Source: Mytilus trossulus | Taxonomy: Eukaryota | Assembly: GCF_036588685.1 (NCBI RefSeq) | Contig: NW_026963290.1 | Span: forward strand, 744,001 to 808,000 | Length of the DNA: 64,000 nucleotides | Reading direction: 5' to 3' | Part shown: positions 27,701-40,800 of the stretch, one piece after another | Layout of the letters: each line of letters starts with the position of its first letter | Numbering within the stretch: the first letter of the stretch is position 1 | The notes under the pieces: model-generated | What the model was told of the DNA's origin: nothing | Databases searched by the model: none | The model's input: the letters and a program-made list of their open reading frames with translations, nothing else | Translations under genes and position numbers: made by a program

Positions 27701-29798
27701 TGGTATATATTGAATAGGAAGTTTAATGTTCCATGTGGAAATATATTTGTTTCCCCATAATCACGCAAAACAGAACTAAATATTTATTGATATATATATA
27801 TATATATATATACGAGTCTAAATTGAAAACTACGTTCAAACCTATGACTGCGTTGGATAAAAACCGCAATTTTTATACGTGTGCATGTCAAACAAATTTC
27901 GTTGTAGAAGGGTCTAAAAACAGCACAAACAACATTTTCCAAAAGACCAAAAGCGTGAAAAAGTATATTTAAACAAAACGCATTTGACTAACAGGTCGAA
28001 CAACTGATGTTCTTTAACCCTGCTGACTGCCATATATATATATATATATATATATAACTCGTCTAAACATCAACCCAACAATGTTAGATCTGTAAATTTG
28101 CTTTCGCAAATTTTTGGTTCTTCCCTCGCCGGGATTCGAACCCATGCTACTGTGATATCGTGACACCAAATCGCCTGCACTGCAGCCGTCCCGCTATATA
28201 TATATATATATGAACCCTCGATCTGACATCCTTTCGATGATGTTACATAAATTTTGGCATTGCACAATGTCATGCGTTTCCCAAACTTTTAATGACTTCT
28301 TTACACTAAACCCGAGGGAATTGTTCTGATTTCTACATCAGTCTGGTAGAATATGAACCATTATTTGTTGAAATTGGCTTTGAACTAGTTGCAGTAACTG
28401 CAAGTTCAGAGATTTGCGTCTATTGATTTTAGGTGTGTTCTTTTTTTGCATCGGATTAATCAATTGAATAATCAGCCATATGTAACTGAGTTTAAGCTTA
28501 TTATGTTGCGCTGTTACACCACTTTTCCATGTAAAAGGGGGTGAGTCTCGTAAACATGTTTTACCCCGCCAGATGTATCTGACTGTTCTAACAGTGAAGT
28601 ATATAAGGGGCCAATGTAATTGTTCTTTGAATTTCATTTAAAGCTGTACATTCATTCATGAGAAAAATACAAAAACTAAGATTAAGTTCTAAACCGTAAA
28701 CACTTACATGTGAGTTGTAAAAATCGTAAATTTCATGGTTTGGTGTGCGGAAAACACACTTAAATTCACACAGAAAAATATGCACCGTGCGTCATGGTTA
28801 TTCGTTCCTATAGGAGCACGTATTGATGAGTTCAACAAAATCTTATTTCATAAAGGCATGTAACAGAATAAAGCAAATATTCATAAAGCAAGTCACCATA
28901 TAAGTGCAGCTAGTTCAAAAAACAAAACAATAGTTAACTTACACACGAAAATTAATGAATCCACAATTCCTTTTGTGTATTTACAATATTTGTGTTATTC
29001 CAACTTAAAGCGTTGAATATTCATTCAAAACAACAGAGTACTAAGATACAAAGAAGGCAAACAAAACATATAGACCATATGGTCAAACTAAAAAGAGGGG
29101 ATGGCAAATTTCTAGAAGGGAAAAGCAAAAAAATAAATATACCTTCTGTAGTTTTATTGCTAGTTATTGGTGTCTTTATTCAGTCTCCTCTATCATTTAC
29201 ACTTATTATTTGCGATTATAATAATTCCAAAAAGTGAAGAATGAAAATGTCCCTGTTTCATATACCAGAATCAAAATAAAACACAAACTGACCAAAAGAA
29301 AAGGAACAAAAAGACCAGCAACATGTCACTTAAACTACAGAAAACTGCACTGAAAACTAGGTGCAATAAGATTAACGGTACCAATTTTCTTGCATCAGAT
29401 GCGCATTTCGACAATACATGTCTCTTCAGTAATGCTCGTTGCAAAAATATTTGAAATCCAAAGCTTATATAAAAGATGAAGAGCTATAATCCAAAAGGTA
29501 ATGCAATCTACACTTCCTAAAAAAAATGTGCGTTTAGTTGTAAAACCACAAAATCATACGTCACATCAGGAACATTTCGGTTATCATTTATGACACTGAT
29601 ATTGAAAAACAAGACTTTAAAACCCATTTGTTCAATAGCTTCCTTGTAAGCAGCAACATTCTATCAAGTGAGATATGATAAGATCTCCAACAAAAAAGTT
29701 TGATACATCGGCCGTGATGGAATTTATGCCGGTTTAAAGCTGATTTATATTAATATCTTTAGCGTTGTCCATGGTCAAACATTTTGATTGAATGAATG

Positions 29799-29837
<39 letters not shown>

Positions 29838-29885
29838 TTTCCTTTCTACATATTTCAGACACCTGAATGTTTTCAAGACTGTTGA
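24702..29885 (+). CDS. TIMP: tissue inhibitor of metalloproteinases (TIMP)-like protein, about 150 aa
   Basis: Exons 24702-24807, 25450-25535, 27041-27149, 27512-27636, 29859-29885 (GT-AG, in phase). Signal peptide, then CSCGIASLHQYVCGSEFIIIGRV..YYLVNVLDILK..IWTPGNDGICKAPLTLNEEYYIGG..YLCYF..MFDCSCK-TPECFQDC*. The last exon is less certain than the first four. Confidence 0.85.
24925..25265 (-). mobile_element. Penelope-like RT 3' fragment with a different 3' region ('family C')
   Basis: Minus-strand KSPHQKCYGRHQQFVDRYGI resembles a PLE RT tail (KFYGRHH.LVDRY). The 3' region recurs at ~8880-9070, 57240-57830, 58030-58220. Confidence 0.55.
25605..26560. mobile_element. non-autonomous DNA transposon, CAGGGGCGGAT TIR, 5-bp TSD (TIMP intron 2)
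   Basis: CAGGGGCGGATTT...GGATCCGCACCTG flanked by CCTTC on both sides. Confidence 0.8.
26872..26915 (-). ncRNA. minimal type I hammerhead ribozyme (family-2 variant)
   Basis: ACAUCA-CUGAAGA-GAC(auuaauu)GUC-GAAA-UACGGA-UA^UGGUGU. Core intact, AUA cleavage triplet. Confidence 0.7.
27812..28032 (-). repeat. unclassified repeat inserted in (TA)n
   Basis: Bounded by (TA)n on both sides; diverged copy at ~26615-26830. Confidence 0.65.
28057..28194 (-). mobile_element. tRNA-derived SINE (5'-truncated) within (TA)n
   Basis: Minus-strand B-box GGTTCGAATCCC in a tRNA-like head, then a tail ending TTTAGACGAGT(TA)n. Decayed plus-strand copy at ~58280-58410. Confidence 0.7.
29392..29435 (-). ncRNA. minimal type I hammerhead ribozyme (family 2), intact
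   Basis: GCAUUA-CUGAAGA-GAC(auguauu)GUC-GAAA-UGCGCA-UC^UGAUGC, inside a repeat fragment at ~29365-29500. Confidence 0.85.
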
Positions 29886-31321
29886 AGAGGAAGACATGTT
29901 TTTGGCAGACTGCAACCGATCTGCGTTTACCTTATGATAAATTAACTCATCATAAAGTATCATTATGACGTGGGGCATAAGGCGGCCCTGTGTACTCATT
30001 CACGCTTTACCAATCACCTATTGTATGAACTAATTTTATAAAACAAATATTGAAACTGTTGTGCTGGTGAAATTTACCAAACTGCTGTAGAAAACCAGTC
30101 AAACCATCATAGTCAAAATGAAATAAAACATACCTACAATCCTATAAAACGTAAACACGTCTATTCACTGCTATTGCAATATTGCATTTCTGTTGAACAG
30201 TTTGGTTTGATAAAACCAATTGCAATTGGGTCGGAATTTTGAATCAACTGCAATAGGCGAAGAGCAACACTTACAGTCAAGTCACAGAAATAATATATCG
30301 CTATTTACACCAAGATGTCGTTAAATAAAATTGGTTACCCTACATTTATCATGTTTTTTTCAATAACATATGGTCAAGTCGCCGAAGACACTCTTCTGGA
30401 CTTTTGAAAGCAACTATTCTGCCTTGTCAATGATATCTTGGTGTAAATTAGATACACTCATACGGGCTAACGCCCTCATATGTATAATAATGTAACATGT
30501 AACATGAATTAAATTATCATATTTGTTGTTTTATGTTGTTGGTTTTTTTATTTGAAAACAAGACATGTGTTCTCTAGTATAAGTTTATGTTTCCTCAAAG
30601 CCGCATTTATACTAATTAAAGATTTGGTGATTAAAACCAAACCAGCAGTCTATACAGAACATTCGTACCATCAGTGTAGTCGCCAAGGCTGAGTTTCGAG
30701 ATGAAAGTTAAATTATATTAAAATTTCATTCAGAGAAGTTCAAAAATAGATAAATCATTGTCATAAGTACGATTGCATACATGTAATGATACTTTATGAC
30801 GATGGTAGTAACCTTTTTATACGACCGCAAAATTAAGGTCATACATTTTGTGGTCGTATTTTTTAGGTCATATAATGATATGACGGTTGTTTGTCATAAT
30901 GTTTTGTACTGTTGCAGTTATTGTCGACAATCGTCGGATGATACCTTTTATAAAAAACTTGAACTGACTGAGAATCTTGGTAATAAATAGATATTATAAT
31001 GTCTTTAAATCTCTGCGTAAATTATAAACAAGTATCTGACTTAAACAATATGGAATTGGTATTTGTAACTAATACAGGTCCTTTTAAATAGTTATAACCT
31101 CCTACTCCTATCCTGTATGTAGATGGGTTCCTTTAAAGAAAACGGTTGCGTTTGACTTAAAAAAGATATCTGAAATAAATTCTCTGACTTTTTTTAATAT
31201 TAACTTCACGTACAGTTGAATCTGCTTGTAACGTTCAAATTAAAACTTTATTATACTTTTTTTTTAAATAAAAATTTGAAGAAAATGAGAAAATTTAGAT
31301 TTAGAATTCAGAAATTCTGTA

Positions 31322-31494
31322 CAGGGGCGGATCCAGACATTTAAAAATGGGGGGGGGGGGGGTCCCAAGCCAGGACAAAGACGGAGGGGGTTCCAACTAT
31401 ATGTCCCCATTCAAATGCATTGATCGGCCCAAAAAAAAGTGGGGTTCCAAACCCCGGAAACCCCATCCCCCACCCCCACCCCGATCCGCCAATG
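31322..31494. mobile_element. MITE, CAGGGGCGGATC TIR, 5-bp TSD
   Basis: CAGGGGCGGATCC...GATCCGCCAATG flanked by CTGTA on both sides. Confidence 0.75.
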
Positions 31495-32291
31495 CTGTAT
31501 GTTTAGAAACTAATTCTGGTCGATGCCAGCGTAAGTCCCATCCTCATGTAAATCCTATGATCATTCATTTAAATGAGCATTTTTAAAGATTGTCTATTCA
31601 TGCCAAATTTAACATTTACTAACACAAAGTCGTTTCAACCTCGATTATGGGACGTCATAGAAGAAAGTCGAATTACAAGAATACTGAACTCCGACGAAAA
31701 TTCAAAACGGAAAGTCCTTAAGAAAATGGCAAAATCAAAAGCTCAAACACATCAAACGAATGGATAATAATTGTCATATTCCTGACTAATATCAGACATT
31801 TTCTCATGTATAAAGGTGGGTTTTATAGCTGACTATTCTCTCACTTGTATAACAGTCGCCAGCAAATTCCATTATACTTACAAATATGTGCGAGAAGTAT
31901 TAACTACATTAACATTGTTGTCGTTTCCCAGTCCCATCACAATCTCAAAGCAAGAAAAGTAAATGTGATATAACCTCGATTCTCTTTTTTAAGATTTTGA
32001 CATTAGAGAGTGGTTAAAAACGATATATTTAATGTATTAACATCTTTATTGTAACACCTTAATTGAAACTAAACAAAACATTTGGTCTTAGTGAAATATA
32101 TTATCTTTTATTACACCTTTTTTACAGTGCGCATCTGTTTTATGGTCTTGTTTTGTGGCTTATACTTGTCAAAACCTTGCAATTATGTGTTGGTTTAATA
32201 ATGCAAATTATAAATCCTTGGATACACCAAGTCTGAAACGCTAAAACCGAAAACATTTAAATTCACGAATTCATAAATACCTCAGTGCCAC

Positions 32292-32328
32292 CATGGAAGT
32301 ATTATATTGTCAATATAATACTTCCATG
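32292..32328. mobile_element. 37-bp palindrome with 7-bp TSD (probable P-family excision footprint)
   Basis: GTGCCAC|CATGGAAGTATTATATTG-T-CAATATAATACTTCCATG|GTGCCAC. Confidence 0.7.
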
Positions 32329-35300
32329 GTGCCACCTACCGAATCGTATCACAACAGTGTGTGTACTTACACGTAACAAGCATCAGGACGGGTGCCAGTC
32401 TATTTGTTACGTATGAGTTGAATGTCCTGAGTGGTATATTTCGCCTCTTTTGTAAACGGAAAGAGCTATACGACCAAAATAAACGTAAAAGGAATCTATC
32501 TCAAATAAAATCTGATCAGTGAGGGAGTTGAGACCGCTGTTCCTTAATAATTTCTAAAATTTTGTACGTCATATCAGTAACACTGAATGCTGAGTTGATT
32601 ATCACATAGAGGACTAACAGTCCAGCTTCAGCGGTATGCATCCAGCGCTAACAAATAAAAAATCAAGTCTGTAGCGCTTTTTTGTATTAACCATCACCAG
32701 GAAAGCTCAAACAACCCAAAATTGAAAGCCAATGATTATAAGTACTACTTAATTGAAACACGAAGAGCTACATATATGACCAAATTAGTCCATTTTTGTT
32801 TATACATTTGCTCTTAAGATAACCCGACTTATCAAAGGAATGTCATTCCTCTTCTGTAATCGTTTGTTCACTATTTATAAACTTTTGTAGATTACATAAT
32901 CGTTATCCCTATCATTGTGTGTGAATCATATCACTGTCGCATTTATAGATAGGACATTAGGAGGAACCAAAGTACAAAAAAGTCATTATATTGAACCATT
33001 TGACTCTGTCCTTAAATAGTTTTTTTTTCTACAAAACCAGTTTTTCTTTTTTTGCGTTTGAATTTTAAAATTATCATTATCATTTTGATGATATGAATAT
33101 CTTAAGTAGCATACTGTTTAACCTCAATAACATTTGAGCGTGAAACTAATTTTGAAGTATAATAATTTCAGCTAGAGACCCTCAGTGAAGAAACTACATA
33201 ATGCAGTTAAAAAAATGTTTGTCTCTGTCAATCTAATATATAAGACGAATTTAGAGTAATACTAGTCTATATCTATTAAAGCTATAAGAAGTTAAACTGA
33301 GAAACACTAATAAATACATGACATGCCATCCGAAATAATAGTTGACTTTATGTACTTATATGAAGAGTCAATCGGAAGATAATACAATCGTAATAAATAT
33401 TTAGATATTACATAATATTTACTCTTGGTGAAAATTTGACAATGCCTGATAGAAAATCCGACCTTTTATCACACAGGGGTTATGTAAAATCTATGCGATG
33501 TAATAAACATTCTATATTTACAGGTTTTCAGTGTCCGTCTTTTGGGTCTCATGATTTGTATGCTTTTGGTTTGAAAAAAAATACGAATTTAATATAATGA
33601 TTAATAAAACTACGAGACGAATTTTCTAAATAGAATGAGGTCTACTGGATCAGAACAAGTTCAAATTTTGTTTCGGTCTGATGACTTTTTGCAGAGTAAT
33701 GGTCCTTGGAAACTTTTTTTCGTCATCTTGACTTGATAATTGTTATTTAGTTTACACCATGACAAGTTATATATTTAATTAAAATTGTGTTCCAGTGCAA
33801 TTCATATTAACCAGCAGGGGACTATGTGTTGCCATGCAATAATCTGAGAATGCTTGTTATCATTCTTTTTTTTCGTCAGTAAAATTGATATTTTTAGTAA
33901 TTAGAAATGTTTCGGAATCGTAAATTATAATTTAAATTTCGTCAATAAAATTAGGATGATTGGTTAGACTCATTGACAATAAGATTTCACAGGATTGCCA
34001 ATAAGCAACCTTTGGTTCGAAAGTAAGCAAGAAAACAAAATTGCTGTATTTATTACAATGTAATATATGATTTCCATTTGCCCAATGCGTAGATGCAGTA
34101 ATAATTGCTATATATATGCCCGTGAACCGTTACCGATAGTTATAAAACAAAAAATAAAAACAAAGTTGAAAAAAAAATTAAAAAAATCAAGGCCAAACAA
34201 ATTTTGATGCGATGCAACCTTAGCTAAAATGTATTTCCATCCGTGTGCTACTTAAATGATAATTATTATCTAGAAATGATAACAAGTTTGATAATATTGA
34301 CTGAAGGTGTGACAAAGACTTTAACAAGAGGTTATCCATTGATTAGTTAAACAATGTTACAGCAATAATCTGACCTATTATCAAATTTATCGGTTATCAA
34401 CATAATATTGTAGATATGTCAATCATAAGGAATGATATGGAAAGAAACTGATATATGTACACTCCAAATCACGTAATTTATCCCTTGATATAGGGAAGAT
34501 TTAGCATGTTTCAAGATAAAAAAAGTTCAAATCGCTAATGTATTGATAACCGTTTTTATTTAAGAAATATTTATTAGAGATAAACTGGGGGGAAATCTAT
34601 TGTTGGCTACAATGTCATATTATCGAGTTTAGTAAAGCAGAAGAAACATGTTTATGTTTAAACAATAATAATTAAATACTTCTAACTTCTTGATTAAACC
34701 TGTTCGTCCTATTATTCTATTGTTAGATGTAAAAGTATTGCAGTGAAACCTGAGACTGATGAACAGTCAGTGGTATTTTCAGTCGTTTATTTAGTTTTGT
34801 CTCGAGTTATATATATGCTGAACTTTTTACAGCAACACTTATCGTGTGCGCTGGTAAATCGTTACCATGCTCTTGTTATTACCTCGAACTGGTACTGCTG
34901 CTAGTGGATTATCAGTTCCGGCAATATGTACCTTGCTCCCAGAAGCCAGTACCTTAAAAAAAAATGACATACAGCAACCACTGACAGTTGACATCAGTAA
35001 TGCAGGTGCTTTGCAATATAAACGGTATGGTAGGTATGTTAAAAGTGTATGCGACCTGTTAAGCTTTCAAATTATAATATGTATGGACCACAGGGTTAAT
35101 GATAGTTTATACCTCATCCTCTCTTTTTGAGTTTTGATTATTTCCTTACATTACAGACTGATATGACTTCATTTTTATCATTTGGTCATTTACCAGTATT
35201 ATGTTTCATGTAACAAGTGAATCAACAGAATATATCGAGAAATCGTATAAAAGCTATCATCTATAGTTGAAACAAAAGATAGATGAAGTGCTTTTGTTTG

Positions 35301-37853
35301 ATTTCCTATCATGGTGACGGTTGTGATAAAAGAGAGATAACTCAAACTTTTTTACGCGACGAACTTTATGCAAGAGCTTTTTAAAAATATACATGATATA
35401 TGTACTAAGCTTAAAGGTTTTGAGATTCAAAGAATTGATGAATACATCAGATTTATTTACACTTTCTGGAATATGCAAATTTAGCAAAAGTGTCAGTATT
35501 CATTATATACTCTTATTGCACGTTTGTTTTCCATGCATGTTTGTATACAAATAGCATGCAGATGTCAGTTTTTAGTTCCTTCTTGTTCTGTTCTTGCTCT
35601 CTATTTGTAAATTTGAATAGTTCCGCCAACAAGATGTTTCATAAAGTAAGAGAACTTATATTAAGTGGAAGTTACTAGTCTAGTCCATGACACTGTGTAG
35701 ACTCGTACGAAAATTTATACTGCAACTAGCTGTACTTATCGTTATTTTACGAAATTATCCTTTGATCTAACTAATTATTAATTTCCTTTCTCAGCACAGT
35801 AGAGTGATATGAAAAATTATCGCTAGAAAACTAAGGGTGCACATGCCGACCGGCTCAAGTTAACAACATATAATCTCTTTGATATGACCAACGATAATCT
35901 CTAATTGCCGTTGATAATCTCAATGCAAAAAAACCAAGCCCCCCTCCTACGGCCTATTTAAAGAGAAATGTAGATAGGTAGAGAAAAGTAACGAACATTG
36001 GTGGATATCAAAGATTAAAAGAAAGCTCTCTTTAACGAACAACGAATAAAAAGATAGAAAAAATATTTAAAACGAACAATTTAGAGTTGAATAATATAAC
36101 ATAGGAGATAAACCGAGTCGTTAAAACATTAAATTGTGAAAGAAGTTTCACAGTTTTTAGACAGTCGGATTATAACCAGCCCCCAATATCCACTTGCGTT
36201 TGTAGTGTTATTTTCTTTTACGAACATCGTATTCAGGATACAACTTATAATATTAAAAAGTTTCCGTTATATTTTGCGACTTATAAATTGGCACCAAAGA
36301 AGCTGCTTCGTTTGGATCATAGACATGTAGCACAAATGAAATACAAACCTGTGGCGCAGCTAATGAAATACACCAATTTCAAAACATGGCGAAAATGAAA
36401 TTCTACATATTTCAAAACATGGCGAAAATAAAATACTACATATTTATACTACATATTTCAAAACATGGCGAAAATGAAATACTACTTTTTTTTTGTATAG
36501 CGCAAATGCATTGCGCCCGTCATACGATGCCTTTTTACTAGGTCACTTGTAGCTGTATTTACCGGGGGGGGGGGGGGGGATAATATTTTTTCAAATATCA
36601 ACTCCGTTTTCAAGATTTATTCAAGTTGAAAAAAAAATTGGTTTTATTTTTACATTCATGTTAAACTTGCAACAACAACAACATCAACAACAAATATTTT
36701 ATTAAAGTCGCATGATATGGTGCATGTATAACTAATTCGACAATCATATACTATACGCTGTACTTGCTTTTTGAATAAACTTGCAGTATAACACAACATT
36801 TGATATAAAACACAATACGATAATAACAGACCAGTTTATAAAAGAGTTATGAGAGACTGTAAAACAATACTCATCTCTAAATACATTATAAATTTGGATG
36901 TGAAATAACAAACTCATGAAACATAAATAAAACTTTTCCTCATTACACAAATTATCAACACTACTTTCTACATTACTGACATTATGGTGCACTGTTGAAA
37001 AAAGATAGTTTGTAAATTTGCATATTCTGAGCATTCTAACAACACATGTTTTTCATCCTAAATCATATATAACTGATCTTTTTTCTACAATTAAAACAAA
37101 ACCTTTCATTTACATCTATATCTTCATATCTACCATTTTCATTTCTAATTGAACTGACACCTGCTCTTAATTAAGCATATGCCATTCTGTATTTAAGGGA
37201 GGAAATCCCTCCCTTCAACATTTTTTAATCCAATTTCTCGAAAATTTCATTCGCCCAGTATTGACCATTTGGGTCGGTATATACCGGTAAATCTCGCGGT
37301 AAATACTACAGTAACATGTATATGTGCGGTCAATCACCTTGTCGTACGATAACTTTTATTTGCTACAACTTGTTACATGTACGTCATTTTGTCTTCTTAT
37401 TTTTATATGAGGGTCTTGGAGGAAGTTTACAGAATAGAGATAAAAATGGGTGGAAAGTGAAAAATAAAGGACAAAAAAATCATAAAGAAAAGAGAAAATA
37501 GGCAAAAGAAATAAAGACGGAATAGCAAGGAACATATATATATTGACATACTGTTCCCAGGAATAGCATAGTCTTTATGATAATGGGCAAAATTATAACA
37601 GAATAGAGTTGATAAAAAAATCAGGAAAAATAAATGAAAGACCCTAATCCATACCCTCATATATTAGTTTGCTTTATTAAATAACTTTTTAAAAAATCTT
37701 AAAGTAATTAAAATTCACGGAATTTCGCAGAATTCCGTCATTGGTTTTGGTACTTTAAAACAAAGTTTTTAAAACGTTTGTAGTCTCAGTATGTTATGAT
37801 AGCAATGACAGCTGCCGTTTGACACCGAGTTGGTAAAAAAACAAGAATCAAAA

Positions 37854-40800
37854 ATGGCGATGGATAAACCAAGTACCTCCACTGAAAATGACTTTGATTC
37901 ACTAACACTGCATGATATGTTTAGAACAATTGGTGATCAAATGACACCTCGAGATGTCAAAGTCTTGAAATTTATATACAGTGGAATAATGGCTGATGAT
38001 ATTTTGCGAAAAGTGTACGATGGTTTCTCGTTTCTTTTAGCGTTAGAGAAAATGGATAGAATCGATGAAACGAACTTCAAACATATTTTAGATCTCTTAA
38101 GAATTATTACACGACATGACTTAACACCTTATGTCACACTTAAACGTAGGAAAACTGGTATGTGATTGATATTGTAAAATATTGTCATTATCAACTCTGT
38201 GTATGTGCAACATTTCTTGCTAGTCCAAATAATTATGACGTCTTGAAAGGCTATTATAATTTTTAAAGGCAGTGCTTTAAGGCCTGACTTTTAAGTCATG
38301 AGGTTCATCTTTTCATACGCAATCTATGCAGGGGGTCTTTTGGCCAGAAATAGATCCGGAAATGTTCAAATTTCTCCTCTTCTTTTTATGGTATAATATG
38401 GTTTTTGTTTCTTTCATTTACATTGGGGACTAAAGAAACGATCAGTGTGTATTGTTCGTTTTATAGAACTTGTAATTAGTGTGTATTTTGCATTATAAGC
38501 AGTCAACCTGACTACAAACTATCATTATGTGTATTCCGTGTGGAAAGAGGTCGGGTCAATTTCGAGTGTTATCTGACATCTAAAGATTCTTTAATTACTT
38601 CAGACGTTGATATAACAATTAAAAGTCGACTGAACATGATTAATATTGCATCTTCTATAATTCAAAGCGGAATTCGGTTTATGAACGAGAAACCGTAAAG
38701 CGTTTTCAATTTCGGTTCTAGTTGTGTATGTTGTCTACGTATTATCCTGGTTCCCGGTACTACGTTCCGGGTATTAGCTACATTTTGTATTTGATAGATG
38801 TGATGTGTAACATAACGATCGGGTACCAGCCAATCTACGTGTGTATGTGTACATGATTTCCCACCAAAATGACCGATTTACAGCTATGGAAAATAGTCCA
38901 TAAACGTTCCGTATAATGATATGCAAATTCATAATTAATCGTAACTTTTTTTATCTTTGTATAATAAATATAATAAAATGGATTCCACAAAATTGAAAAT
39001 AGCATTATTTTACGAGGATTTCTCATATTTTTCTCACTTCCGGGTGCAGTAATACGTATGTTTTGAAGAAGCTCGAAGAATTTGACAAAGTGAATTGAGA
39101 AGGAAACGGATAGATATACGTCCTTGCTATCAGGTAAAACAATTTAAATGTACAGAACAAACACATTTACTTCACACAAATAGTACAGGCTTAAGCTTTG
39201 TATTGTCTTACACGACTGTAGTCTAGTGTTTAAACGACGGCGGTGACCTACAAGGTACGGGTCATACTGGGTCAAGTCTAAATATGTAAACATATCCACG
39301 TGCTTTTAGGTAGAAAGCATCGTAATGCAATATCTACAATTTTTCCTCCTTTATACATCGTTTAACCAGATATATTTCTTCTTTATACATCGTTTAACCA
39401 GATATATTTCTCTTTCAAATACACTTTAACACGGGTTGTATGTACGTATCTTTTCTAGTGTTTTCTTGTCCTTATTAAAGTTCATTTGTTGATGTTTGAA
39501 TATTTTTTGAACGACTGAACACAGGAGTGAATGAATGCAACAATTATATATACTGAAGACTTGGGCTGTACAATGATAGTGGACGTATATCATACTGATA
39601 ATTATTCTAGCAGTAATTATGTTAATTTAGGATGTAATGACAGGAATTCATGAGTTATGCCTCAGGCTTTTTGAAAAAATATCAATGACAATGTAAACAG
39701 GAACAAAACATTGACACGAATGATGCTCTCTTCTATGTTATAGTTATTTAGGTATGTGTGTTGCACAAGTTTTAAAAAAAAACTTAAGTTATAAAACTTT
39801 TTTTCAGGGCACAAACCCACTTTAAAGAGACTTGTCTACTGCCATACCCATCCTATTTTCATGCACCATTTGCAAGCAAGAGACTGAATGGTTTGCAAAA
39901 TTAAAAATCAGGACGGTGTCCAATTAAAACAAAAGAAATAAACTGGATGAATATTGTAGGAGAAATCTAGAGGAAAGTTTTGATTTGTGAAATTGGTTTT
40001 CCTGAAAAGTCATTCATCCTAGCCTGCAGAAAGGAACTATAACTGTCCACCACCAACTGACGAGCTAATGTTGAGCTTCACATATGGAATAACTCAAATA
40101 CCATCAATGTATATGTTTTCAGCACAGATTTCACAAGTTATGACACAGCTGTGCTTTTTTTATACCTGTTAAAGAGTTGTATACTAAATTTTATTTTTTT
40201 ATTAATAAATATATACATGTATTGTGTCATTAAAGAACTTGTATTTTGCCAAAAGATGCATACTAGTGAATGAAAGTGGTGCAGTTCATTTTGCTTTGGT
40301 ATATAGAATTAAATTACAATTGTTCATGTTATTGGAATGCTTATAAAAATAAGGAGATGTGGTACAATGTATTTGATTTTTAGTGAGTTTATCAAGCAAA
40401 AGTGAATAAGAAATAGGTATAAGCAGTTATAGGTACTACTGTACAATCTCAAACAATGAGAAAAACTCATACCATAAAGAGAATTTCATATTTACAAGCA
40501 AGTTTTGTTTTTGCGTTGAATAATTTTCTTCTATTGTTTTAATTGCAAATATGGGAAGTGGTTAAAATGCTAATGAGACAGCTGTTATGGCCACAGAGCC
40601 TTAATTGAAAACTTCTTATTCATTCATACCGGTAGATTTTGCCTGGAGTTAGAAACATATCTGCCAACTTTTCAAAATGCACATGGGGGAGTTACGTGAA
40701 AGATGGTCCAGTTTTTTTGTCGAGCCTGCGACTTTTGTCGCAGAAAGCTCGACATACATTTGTAGGGATAGTGATACGGCGGCGGCAATATTAGCTCAGT

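Noticed and set aside
28100-28194. tRNA gene
   Set aside because: B-box present but no complete cloverleaf or 5' end; followed by a SINE-like tail.
36365-36485. ~32-bp repeat x3 containing AACATGGCG (YY1-like)
   Set aside because: A simple local tandem duplication; a regulatory role cannot be supported from sequence.
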